DNA of 64,000 bases from Tubiluchus corallicola (lineage: Eukaryota > Animalia > Priapulida), in NCBI GenBank assembly GCA_030141605.1, contig JAQGDQ010000115.1, positions 248,001-312,000 of the forward strand, in the 5' to 3' direction. Made by a program: the position numbers and the translations under genes. The notes beneath the pieces are model-generated. The model was given only the letters and a program-made list of their open reading frames with translations, searched no databases and was not told the origin of the DNA. Positions 26,701 through 39,425 of the stretch are shown in pieces (position 1 is the stretch's first letter; every line of letters starts with the position of its first letter).

Positions 26701-29700
26701 AAAATTGCACTTTACTAGTCGTCCCTTAATCATAACATCTCACACTAGTTTCTATGAGCCAAACAACTGAAATAAAATTCTCTAATACATAGTAGCAACT
26801 TTACTTGTCACTTCTGTATCTTACCTGTGATGATAAAGCAAAGCCTTGTGGACCTGGTGACATATTTTTCTTTTTTCCACCTAGTCCAGTGGCAGATGCT
26901 GCTGAATTATTGCCAGTTGACGACTTTCGTTTTCGTCTCTTGCTGGGTGGACGTTGTGACTCTGTAAAGAGGAAGCAAATGTTATACTTGATATTCATAT
27001 GAGCATTTACTAACATTTCAGTTAACCAGTCAACCAACAACCACAACAAATGCACAGTGGCATAGTGTAGGGTGTGCGGTCAATATTTTCTGTTAATAAA
27101 GCCGACAATAAAAATACTTCTTTTTCCGTCAAATTGCCCGGGTGAATTTATTTTATCGCACGCACACCTGGACGAAAATTTTGATAATTATCTTCATTCA
27201 CAGCTAGCGCAGTCATATAAAAGTGCATTTTTTAATTTAAAACATAAAACACAATAATTATTATAACAACGTTGTTTCGGCAAGGATGCAGTAAAGCAAT
27301 GTTTCTGGTAACTCTCTGTATATCTCACGAGATTGTCACTCCTTGGGATTCTTGATTTGATTGCAAACTTTATTTTAAACAAATGCATGTGGCTTTGACA
27401 GTGCTAGTATCACTATGAGCAACCATACACTAACTAATTAAGCGATTCTCTCTATGGAGAGTATACAGAAGCCCTTGACATTTCCATATTTTTGTTAATA
27501 ATAAATACTTTACTCTTCATAAGAATAAATATCTTTCATATGTGTTTGTACTGGTCGAAGGTGTGTTACGTTAACAAAGGGGCGATTGATATGGCTACCA
27601 CACAAGGCGACCAAACCCCATGCTACACCACTGTAAATGCAACATAAACTATAATTCAGAAACAAGTGTTATTAATTCACAGATAATACCATTACAATAT
27701 GAAGTTAACACAGTGTTAGTACCTTACACAGGCAAACATTATTGAACATTTGAAAGAAATGTTAAGCCTTTGGAATTTGCACAGTCAATTCCAAAGTTTC
27801 GTGGATAAAAAACATACAAGCTTCTTTATTGTTTCCAGCTCACGTTATCTGTTTTTTAAAAAACAGCATATTTCTTACGTTGAAGACACAGACAGCAGCA
27901 AAGTCATATAATACTTTCTGAAACTAAGAAAATTTCGCGCCATTAAAAAATCACTATTTTGCATAAGAAAGTTACATAAGAAACACTGCAAGAACATCTC
28001 TCATCAGGTGTAAGTGTGCTACTCTGCAAATGCAAAATACCAACACAGAAAATATTTTAATACCAATATTCTAGAAATATTTAAAAAAACAGGAAATGCA
28101 TGAGGTGATTTGTTATAACTAACCTGAATTAGGTAATTATAATAATGTGTGAGTGTGAGATCTGTTAATGATGTTATTATAACCACTATTAGAATACAGC
28201 ACAGCAAACACACTCAACCCACACAGTGTGAGAGCATACATGACGTACTTGATAGTGTACCTAGTTGTTTTACTTCAACTTCGCGTGCAGCAACACGTAT
28301 CATGCCTGTTAGGTGATAATCAAATTACATATGTGTATAAATTAGTTATACAACAGCAACAATGTATAACAGCTAGAGATAATTCTATAACAAAACCATG
28401 CAAAATACCCAGCAATTTATGATAAAGTATCCTAGAAGTTTCTGGCATTCACAACAAGACATAAAGCTAACAATTTTCCTCCTTGATAAAAGTGAGTATT
28501 TTTCAGGACATTTCTTTAAAGACATGCTGCTTGGTTGGCAGTAATTCATTTTTGATAAAGCATAAATTTTGGAAAAAGGCACTAGTTAGGCAATGCTGGC
28601 AGAACATCAAAAATCTTGATGACATCACAAAACAATGCTGACGAGATTACAAACATGTTGGTAAGACAACATGGTAAGTTGGCAAGAGTATAGAAAAATG
28701 AATATACAATTAATATGTTTACCAGTAAAAGCTTTGTTTTCAAAAATACTCACCAGGTGGTGCAACCATGCGTTGCCACTTTTGAAACAAAGTGGTCTTC
28801 AGACAATCCCGTGGATTTAGAGCGTATGCTTTGTGCCGTGACATCAGCTCCTGCATCGGCTCCAATATCACACATAACTGCTTCCAAAATAATAAATGAG
28901 ACCCAAAATTTAAACCTATCCATATACACACCAAGAATTTGCTAATTTACAGGATTAAGATTAACAGGATTTATCGGGCTGATTACAGCAGCACAGCATA
29001 CCTTAATAATCAAGACAAATTCTCCGAAACAAAAAAACTTCTGTCTTTCAAGGACAGACTTTTGTGTTGTGCAAACCAATTTTAAGATTCGCATTTTTAC
29101 CATCCAGTAAAATGAGATTTTGCCAAAGACGAAAAAGCTGCAAGCTTCAATCGACTACAAGTCAATTCGATTAACCCACCGTGCAAAAGACGAAACTTAT
29201 AAATAATTCACACACCCTGAGGTAGTTGAGAGTGAAGTTTGTTAAACCCTGTCGAGTTATGTTCTTCGATAACTGCTCCAGCATTCCTGGATCCTGTAAG
29301 AAAAAAGCACCAGATATGAAAATGCGAAGTTCGAAGTGTCTGAAAATAGTTAATGTGTGACAAAATTAAAAAAATTATTTAAGCTAATTCATTATTTGTT
29401 CCAACTTCTAGTCAGATGAGTAAAATGTCTTTTCACCAAGGTTTGTGTGAGATATAAAGCGCTATTGTAAAGAAAACTAAAGCTGCAAAAAATACTTTGT
29501 ATTATTAATGAAAGGAAAAAGCCAAGCAATACGGCAACAGATTTAATGAAGCACAAAGAAAATGAATCATAATTGGCTTCTTTCAAAGCGAAATATGTCC
29601 TAATTTTTTTCATTATACAAAGCCGTAAAATGGACAGTCAAAATATGGTCAAAGTTGTAGTGGTCATCTTATTGTGTAAGCTTGTCAAACCAAAACCTCT

Positions 29701-32700
29701 AGGACCTCTAATTTGATTTTCCACACCATTCTAAGTATTTCTATTACACTTTAATGACTTTTAAGGCAAAGTTAGATGAAAAGTAGAGAGGAAGCTTATA
29801 CACTGTACAGGGCACATAGAGTGCAAAATCTGTGTGCAACAACTTTGTCTGAAACATATTTTTTGCTCGTATACAAGCTCGATAACCCATGTTTTGCAAA
29901 CTTTTTTGCTCACAGAATTTTACTACAAGTTTAATTTGCTCTCAGAAGAAAAATCATGGCAAAACCCGATTAGATCAATGAAAAAAATCACTTCAGGCAA
30001 GTGTCATCTAGTAACAGTTTACTGACACAGTTTCGTACAGAAGGTGATGTGCGCAGGAAAATTTTGTTTGAGATAATTTGCATCAGACAATTTGTGGCAG
30101 ACCAATTTATTACCACGAGCGACTAAGCTTAAATTCATAAATTTGCAGCCTTTGATATGGAATATGAAGAGTAGGCCCTGTAATGTGAATTATATGGTTA
30201 AAGATATTTCGGTGTTACTGTTTTGGGGAGTGCAGGCAACGTTGGATTTAAATGAGACAGTTGTGGCAACACGTAAAGGTCAGTAACGTGGCATAGCAAG
30301 AACCATAAGTTAACTGACGGTAATTCTATATCATCTTTCCAGATTTCTAGCTACCAGCAGACACCAAAAAAATGTCAGTATTCAATAAATTGTGCATAGA
30401 AACTACGAGGCTTTCGCTTTGGCCCTGGATGTATTCTGAACATTGTATTCTGAATTTTGGATACATATCACAGTCAACCACTGTGCCTGAAAATTTCTGT
30501 GCAGCATTCTTTTCAATTAACTTTCAGCTTTAAAGATTTTTGCCAGTTTTTTTGTTACATGTTTCTAAGTTTAAGTGATAATGTTCAGTAAAATAAACCC
30601 AACAAGCCAAGTGACTTGTCCTTTCCTTTAGAAAAACATCTTACGTGTAGCGCTATGACACTGCGAGGTATGAGTTCCCGAGCCTGTCGAGTAGCAAAAT
30701 GCCACGATCGTATCCGCATCAGATCATCAAACGTGAACTCTAGAACTAGTCTACCTTCTGTGCAAACCTACATTGATAAAAAAAGCATTATAGTTCATCA
30801 TTAAGATGACATGTCTGTGTCATACAGAACAACTATTTTGAAAATCGTAATTTAATTTCTCATTTGTTATCAAATGGGCCTTTAAAAGAACGAAATCTTT
30901 TTTGGAAGCACGTTTCAAGATACTCAAACTATAGCTATAGCTCATATGGTGTTCAGTAGGGGTGAGCATACCTTGCTAGGAAGCGAACTCGAATCAAACC
31001 AAATTTCAAGATTTGGAATCCAAATCAAATCTGAATTCAATTTTTAAATTTTTGAATAAATTTCGAATCATTAATAAAAAGTGATCTCACAAAAATCATG
31101 CATATTACTTGATTTTATTATGCAGGAAGACATTAATAACTCAAAGAATTTGCACGATAACGGCAAATGAATTGTGCTGATTGCATAATGTTTTTAATGT
31201 TTTAATGATGAAGAATGTATGTAGTTTAAGTGCTGCAATATTTAAATCTATAATTTTACTTTTAAATTAAATGTAAATTCAAACGTTCGATGCACAAACC
31301 CAGTGCTAAATTTTCGTAACTTGCACAACTTAGAGACTAACTTTTATGCACCCTTTTTGCATTGCTGCACAGCTTAGAACTATGCTTACGTTGTATTACA
31401 TAAGCATACATACTTTGCATACTTTCGGGCTGTTCTTACATGGCGTTTTACTAATGCATCTACCTTGCACAGAAGTAAAGAGATTTACAAACTTGAATCG
31501 AGAAACTTCCATACACCTTTAATCAACCAATGCTGCAGTTTCTCTACAATCGATTTGACTCTCAAAAGAAACTGGAGAGTAAAATGTCCTCTTGCAAGTC
31601 CAGCTGCCAAAGCCATGACAAGTAACAAGGCCTTTAAACAATGTCTCCACAGATATCCTGTATCTCACAAATCAGCAAGAGTTGTAAAACTAGTGCAAAA
31701 ACAACCAGGACACTGCCAATCTTTGGCTAGAATCCGGTACTTTAGGTGTAGGCTTACCACTAAAGTTGACTGATCATGGAAGAACCAGGACCTAATTATT
31801 AAAGATAATCCTGTAAGACAAGACAGAGAACTGATGAAATTGTACAAAAACAGCTTTGCAAGCAGTTATCCATCTAGTTAGTTTAAGCATAGTTCACTTG
31901 CTTCATGTTAGACAGTTCCGAACCATCCATAACACTCATATAGTATATAGTTACTAATCAACTCAGTGCTACCTAACATCCGTTGCCAACTTACTAATGA
32001 CTCAGTGACCACTCTACTCTCCTCTCCCATATAATAGTCTAAAGTTGGGCAAAAATTAGAATTTTTAACCAGGGACATGTTATTTTGACCCTTGCAGTGA
32101 TAATGGCTTAAGCAAATTCTCTACCTTAGTAAACATAGGCTTTCCGTGGTGCGTCACCATTGTGGCTTGATCACAGTCTAACGTTATTGTGGTGTTGTGA
32201 AACGACTCTTTCGGATGCTTCAGCTGAAAGTACAATTCCGTGACTCCGCCCTCAAAAATACTTCGGAAGTATCGAGGAATCAGTGTACGTCCGATTGCTG
32301 CAAAACAAAACCCAAGATTGCTGATTATAAAATGCGAACATTAACATAGAAAATTCATGTTAACACAAAACTTATTGAATTTTGTTAAAATAAATTCTGG
32401 CCGAAAACCAGAAAAAATTGTTTTGAAATTACAAATTTCGTTAAACTGACACCCTAAGCTACTTTTTTTGAGTACAAGTTGCATATTCCTAATTAAAAGA
32501 ATATACTCAACTAAGTTAATAAACTAAGCTGGTATAGCTCTTCAGAAGTCTTGCAAGCAGTTCATAATTAACATAATATTACAAACTAGCTAACCTGGAA
32601 AATCAAGACAGGACATGAATGAAAGCAGGCCAGCACAAAGATAAAACATGGCAGGATGAGACAGAAAATAATTGTAATGACATCTATATGATAACTACGA

Positions 32701-35700
32701 TAACTCCAACAATACCAAGTTTTCACACTGGTTATCATAAAACACTCACAATCGATTTTGATCATTGATGAGAACAACTACCACCAACGGTAGACAAAAA
32801 CATGTACTCACTGTAACGTTTAGGCCCGGTGTCCTCAAGACAGAATGTCAACGTTAAAGTGGCATCGTCTTCGAAAAATTCTGTGACGAAAGCATCCCAC
32901 CACAAATTATCACTCTCCTAAAATTAAACATGAGCTGTTTATAAAATTCTTAAACTTCAGTAAAACAGACAAAACTAAACTGGCCATAAGCTACAAATGT
33001 GTATTGACTTCAGTGTTAACACAGTTCAACTGGTTTTATGCAAAAGTTCACACAAGTTTACCATTTTACACTTTTTGGGACAACATTTACAGAAATGTTA
33101 ATTTTGAAGAATATAAATTGAATGTCCTGGTCACAGCATAAATTTGGCAATGTTAGCATGCCAAAAGAGTGATTATATCTAGACAGAGCTATTAAAAATA
33201 GTCAGACACGTATACCTAAAGACCGTGTGAAGCCGTGAAAATGCGCCAAAGTTCGTTAGCAAATCTGCTGGGTTTTACAAACATTGAGCACAAAAAGCAG
33301 AAGTAATTTAGGTTCTTAATGTTTTTCTTACCACCCTTACAGAAGCACAAATAGCTATCATAACAAGTAAGATGTTTTTTATACAGTATGACACACTGAA
33401 AGTTGGAATCGAGCACATAATAATAGACCTTAGCCTACTTATTACATTGGTGGTTGTGGCAGGACTGAAACCTGACTAATTATCGGGGATAGTCTTCTAG
33501 TATGAGACACTGCACCCACAGAAGCATTCATATGTTTGAACATTCTCTGCCAATGAAAAAGTACCTCTTAAAAGGGAAGAAAGGCAATTTTAAAGTATCC
33601 ACACAAAGCTGTATTACTTAGCATTTTACACACGCAAAATTTGTCACCTTTATGTAATTAAAGAGTTATCTTTAATAGCAGATGACATAATGCTGAGTAG
33701 CGAACTTAACAGGATATGCCAGTTAATACAGCTTAACAGCGTTATACAGTATTATATCACTCCTTCTTTGTCCAATAGTATTCAGATGCTATAGAAAAGC
33801 TCTCAACATTTTATTATTAAGTGTTAAAGTGCAGTCTTATATGATTGCAGAGTAAAAAAGTTAAATATACAATTTTATAATCTTAAATTTGCATTCTGTA
33901 AATTTATTCTGCTTACATAATTGCATTCTGCTTATTTTCCATTATAAAAAAGAGTTAAATATAAAATATTAAAATCACAGCTATAGCCATAGTCATAGTC
34001 ATAGTCAAAGGATAGAAAGAGCCAAAGGAGGTAAAATAGTAATGACAATAAATAAACAAATAAGTTAGCAAATAAAAAATTAATGTAAAGTCATTTAAAG
34101 AACTAGACATTTTACTTCACCTTGCTGTTTACTACCTCCACCATTGGAGACAATATTGGAAATATAAACAGCAGAAAATAGTACATGCCAATTCGAAAAA
34201 TTAGCATCCGATGAAAGGATGATAATTAAGCTGTTGTAAAATAAGCGGGAGATCAATTAAATAATGCTGTCCCATTAGTACGTATTAGATAAAAGTTGTC
34301 TCAAGGTAGAACGCAACAGTAGAAGTGTATTGCAAAAATAAGACCAGTAGCTCAGAAAGTATGTTTCAGACACAGCGGGATAATAAGACTAACACGCTAT
34401 GATTGTATGAAGGACGACAGGTCGTATGATTCATCTCTTCCACCACCACCACAGTTGGCATGATTGGAAGACAGAAATCACTACTGTAGCAGCCTACTGT
34501 ACTTACAAGCAAATTATGTGTAATCAGCGCAGCACAGGCTGAACATCTGTCCCTTATACTACTGTATAGGGCAGAGAGTCCCATTTCCATGTATAACTCA
34601 ATTTTGCATCGTCAGAATTTACTATTGTATTTAACGTATTATATGCAGTGAAGTTCCAGACGCATTGGTATATTTATATGTTTTCTTAATTTTATATTTG
34701 ATTAATATATGGCAGTTGTGGGATAGTAGTGTGACTAATGACTATGTCAGGATCTGTCAATTCACAAAAAAACTGTGGTACTGTTTTCATGACGACTTCG
34801 AAAGTTCTGTTTGTAGATTAACACAGAATAAATGTTAAATTTCCGAAAAAATAGAAAAAAACTTTTGTATCATTGCACAACGGAATAAACAGCATAATAA
34901 TAATAATCTTTACTTAGTCGGCTTTTAGGATGAACAATTAACATAAGCTCCAAAGAGCTTTTGGACCGACTGTAAATAACAATCAACAACTACATAACAG
35001 AGACTATGATTACCCCACTTTGGTAAAGTGTTTGGTATTACCCGGCCGCTGTATCGAACTCACGACCTCCCAGACGGAAAGCGGGCGCGTTAACACTAGG
35101 CATCGGATTTGAATACACGATTACATATATGTATATTAAGTACAGTAACAATAGATAATCTGCTTTTAGAATATAATTTAACCACTTTGGGCGACCTATA
35201 ATTCAAGCCCGGAGGGTTCTATAAATTCAGTACAGTTCGTGGGAAGCCACTATTCACAGCTGTACACTAGCTTGATGACAGACAGGTAATTAAACTTCAG
35301 ACGTTCAGCTGTGTACATATTTAGCAAATAAAAAGGACTATGATATAAGCTGTCTGGATATTATTTTTAACAACTTGCAGTGTCAGAACATACTAGTATT
35401 TCCAACAAGTAAAAGTGATACAGGTTTTAGTTTCTGAATAATATCCAGGGCATTAAAAGACAAAGAAAAGGACCAGATTTATTTACCGTTGCCAATTCAA
35501 CAGACAACATTAGTACTAAGGTCTATTCAGCTACTAAACACGTTTTTTTAACATTCTTGTACGGCTGTATCTGTAGTTAGCCTCTGTACTCGCGAATACT
35601 GCTGCTGTCCATGGCTAAAATGTCAAGAGGCCACAGCCACGGAGACATCCATGTCAGCTGTATTGATCAGATTTTTCTTCAAGGCAAGGTTGTCATAAAT

Positions 35701-38700
35701 ATTCATATGGCACAGGTTCTTTTCCATTCGTGTAGAAGGATGGTTGCTGCGGCAGCTCTAATGAAGCGACGCCGATGAATCGGCTTAATTGAAACCCTTT
35801 GAGTTTGTCTCCGCACGTAATGGCAAGCGGGTAACCTCTGCGCACAGGCACATAAATGATTCACTAGCTTCTCGTATGTCGCTTGAATTGAAGCTGTTGG
35901 CAAACTTGTTTTCATGGAAATTACCTTCGCCGTGCAGAAATTTGTCAAAAGCCAGAATGTGCTTGTTGCATGGCGAGCGCATGCAGCGGTTTCTAATGTG
36001 CTACATTAGCACTCATCGAGCAGGGCGACTAGTGAAAATTATCTAAAGAATGAACTCTTGTCACATGGCGGAATGCTATCAATCATGATTATTGTTGCAC
36101 AGAGAATTCTGAAAATCTCGGAACGTGCTAGGAATTAAATAAAATAAAACTAAACGTGCAAAATAACAACGACACCTGTCGCCATAAAATAGGCATTAAA
36201 TCATCCAGCTCAGCACGATGTCCAGCGCAACAGCAAAGCTAAACATCCCTCTACTTTTCATTCTTTTGCTCCTCACTTATCAGGTCACCCGAGGAAAAAC
36301 TAAAATAATTCAAGATTCTCAAAAGCCGACGTTTAAAACATGACTGGATCGATCCCAGAAGTTTTAAACTAAGTAACAGAGTCGATAAATAAAAGAAAAA
36401 ACTCATATCCCTTCCTGGATGCAATGAAACTAAGCACAGTATAGAACATCCATGCAATAAAAATTGCTCCAGTGACAATTAACCACAGCCAATATGTCAA
36501 CAATAATACCAGAGACGACTTGAGAGGCAAGGCGTTCAGCTAGTATGTGGTACTAAAGCAAATCGCAGTTTGCTTAGCAGATGGATGGGTACCTGCCAAG
36601 AAGTTTGCAAACATGGCCAGTTTGCAAACACTCTTTATAAATGAAGCCTAAGAAAATTCCTCATGAAATTTTATATTACACTTACATATTATCTTATTTC
36701 CTACAGGGTTTGCGTTAACTGTGTATTAGCAATAACGCTGTACAAAACTTCTGCGAGGACCATTAGACGTAGTCATTTTAACGGTAAGTCGTTTGACGTC
36801 TAAAGCAGTTCAGATAACATTGTGTAAAGTTTGAAAAAATAATAAGAGCATTCGTAGCGCAATCTTGGCTAACTAAGCAAAAGTACACAAGTCTTTCAAA
36901 CAGGCAAGATAATACGAAGTTTAATAATTTTGTATGTAAAGTTTGTTTTTGGGGACCTATGAATTTTATAAATTTATATTTTTTAACAAGTTCTACAAAT
37001 TAATAACGAAACTCTTTCAATTAAATGCCAAGAAATTGACTGCTGCTAGGAATGCCAGGCTTGGGTCTCATGTTTGCCATTTCTTTGAGTTGATTTTTTA
37101 GAACAAGTGAATTTTAAAACGATAAAATTGCATGTAATGGGTTACCAGTCACCGCTAGGGGTAGTTTCTGATTTATAACAGTGTCTTATAAGGGGTGTCC
37201 ATTTAACAGGAAGGAAAAGACAAAACGTCTGAGTGTTAAATGGCTCTGCTAACTAGCAACAGGTTTTTGAAACTTGATACTTTGATAATGCTATAGCTTC
37301 CTTTAAATGTTCGTTTTTATTTGGAGAAGTTCTGCTTTTTTATATTATATTATGTAAATGTTCGTTTTTATTTGGAGAAGTTCTGCTTTTTTATATTATA
37401 TTATGTAAGCATATTACGTTGTGCATAAAGTGAGCAGTTTAGTGTGAGGCAGATTTTTCATTGTAAAAGATCATCTGCTCCGATAAGTATGTGTATGTGA
37501 GACCTGTGCAGATATTTTGATTTTGTACACCCTTGTACAAGTAATTTAAACAATTTGCTGGAGGGATGAGTGAAAAGCAACAAAATCGAAGTTTGGTAAA
37601 AAGCAACACAAAATCAAATCACTACATTGCCTCAAATCAGTCATTAATATTCTGATACCGTGTGCACAACTGATTGAAGCAATGAATCCAATTGCCAAGT
37701 TGACAATCTAGACGAAAGGTTGCACTTTTTAAATAGCGAGCTGAATATGAATGAAATTAATTCACTTCAACTTGCTCCACCATCAGCGACTGTTATGTTT
37801 ACTGTCATTTGTTCTTCCAAAATTAATTAAAAGTTAAAACTGACATTTACACATGTATTACACTCGACAAACTTTTTGTAGGTTTAATGTTTAATGTACA
37901 GACTTAATTGTGACTCAGGAAATGGCTATAATTTTAACATATATGCAGCGATAGTATAAAACCTTTCTATTGCTAAATCGAGAAAATGAGTTTGAAGATT
38001 CTTTTAAATTGCTTCGAGCATGATTAGAATTTTTGGCAAACTGGGTTTACTTTACCAAAACTCCCACAGTTATTTAATTCTAGACAAATAACACAGTATT
38101 ATTTAATTGCGACAGTGGTTATAAAAACAGTGCTGTGTAGCGCTGATGCGTGGAAAGGTGCGCTGGAGTTTCTAATGTGCAAAAGAAAATTCACAAATGG
38201 TGGAACAATTGTCAAGACAGTAGTGATGTTGCAACAGTGCATCTAATAAATGCCACATAATTCAGGGCGCACTTTTGGACTAACACACAGTAAAGGCTGT
38301 AAAGCAACGCTTAACTAGTACAAATACTTCAATCGCTCCGTAATACCACCCCTATTTATTAGCAGATGGAAATATTAATGAGAAATTGTTCAGGTGACTT
38401 GCTGCCAGTCTGGTTCCCTACCTGCTCACATAACTGCCTTTTTAAAGGCTTTTTTACTAACTGGTTACAGAGTACGGTGGCTGCATGTAACAAGTAAGCA
38501 TGTGCAAGCATGTGCATATATCTAAAAAGGAAAGAAAAAAATTAAATAAAAAATGATCCTTACATTTACCTCGGTGCGTTGTTGCAACCTTTTATTCAGT
38601 TCGTATATCCGATAATCTGGCTGACCTATGTATGGTGTATGACGCCTGAAAATAATAAAACAAACAATAAGAAAATAATAGTACAATCAATAACGACTGT

Positions 38701-39425
38701 AGTGACAGCTGTTAACAATAATGACAATGGTAAAAAATTGTCAAATTGAATGATTTTTATGTACTCTTGTAATGTGCACTAAACACAGAACTGTGTCCCG
38801 GGTCACCGGCCCAATTTTTGACATATTTTGTTTCAGGTGATCGTGTCAGATCCAAATATTTTTTCTAATACCCGTTCAGATTACGGTTTACAACTACAGT
38901 CAAATCTTGTACACAAATAAGATCATTTGAATTTTAAAGTAGACTAACTAGTGGCGCAATACCGGCAAGGATAACTCTTTGAACTGCATAAAGTCAAATA
39001 AAAGGTCTACCTGAACAAATCCACGACTAAAAAAATAGTACAGATTTTTTTTCTAATGCGCTAGTTCTCCGAAGGACTACTAATAACTGCACTGCATTTT
39101 TCAATAGTGTGTAACACGCTAAAGCACCTATTGGAGCAGAGGCAACAGGTTAGGGGAATCTTTAATTGTGTCGCGAGGTTCTTGGTTGCGAGAATTTTGA
39201 CATATTCCATAGATCGCTGCTATATCCAGGCAAAAAATGAGAATTTTGGTACAACAAAAACTGATCAATATTACTTAGTTACCAAATTATATCCACTCAA
39301 CAACACAACCAAGTTCTGCAAGTTAGCAACAGTACTCACCTAAAATAAGGAGAGAATGGGGAAGAATAAAACGGGTCGTTTAAGGGGCCTGGCCCCGGTC
39401 CTGGACCCGGAATCATGTGGTTCAT
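23751..39425 (-). CDS. LDB: LIM domain-binding protein (LDB/Chip/CLIM), LDB2-like isoform, about 379 aa
   Basis: Exons 39425-39340, 38645-38570, 32917-32812, 32297-32125, 30767-30645, 29293-29216, 28877-28754, 26961-26825 and 23987(or 23990)-23751 join in frame. Dimerization domain (RHTPY..YRIYELNKRLQ, WWDAFVTEFFEDDA, IGRTLIPRYF), LCCD region (LNYLRLCVILEPMQELMSRHK), NLS KRRKRK, and LID DVMVVGEPSLMGGEFGDEDERLITRLENTQ. Confidence 0.95.
27055..27633. mobile_element. hAT-like MITE with 8-bp TSD
   Basis: TIRs cagtggcatagtg ... tgctacaccactg; flanks caaatgca / taaatgca (7/8 match). Confidence 0.75.
34893..35105 (-). mobile_element. tRNA-derived SINE
   Basis: The minus strand reads gcctagtg (A-box-like) ... 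ggtcgtgagttcgatac (B-box) agcggccgggtaataccaaac, and ends in an (att)n tail. Confidence 0.7.
37304..37406. repeat. Tandem duplication, 2 x about 51 bp
   Basis: taaatgttcgtttttatttggagaagttctgc(t)natattatattatg occurs twice, differing by one T. Confidence 0.9.
39340..39425 (-). CDS. LDB: LDB alternative first coding exon, LDB2-like N-terminus
   Basis: MNHMIPGPGPGPGPLNDPFYSSPFSPYFR; ATG with A at -3; perfect donor AG|GTGAGT in phase 2, matching the next exon. Confidence 0.9.

Noticed and set aside
29294-30644. 6-nt microexon restoring the AQ dipeptide recalled in vertebrate LDB (LH|DPG here)
   Set aside because: The only candidate seen (ag AAACAT gtaaca, about 30558) has weak sites and encodes KH; a small deletion is simpler.
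34118-34140. 15-nt in-frame microexon VVNSK in LDB
   Set aside because: It needs a rare GAG acceptor and a mediocre donor.
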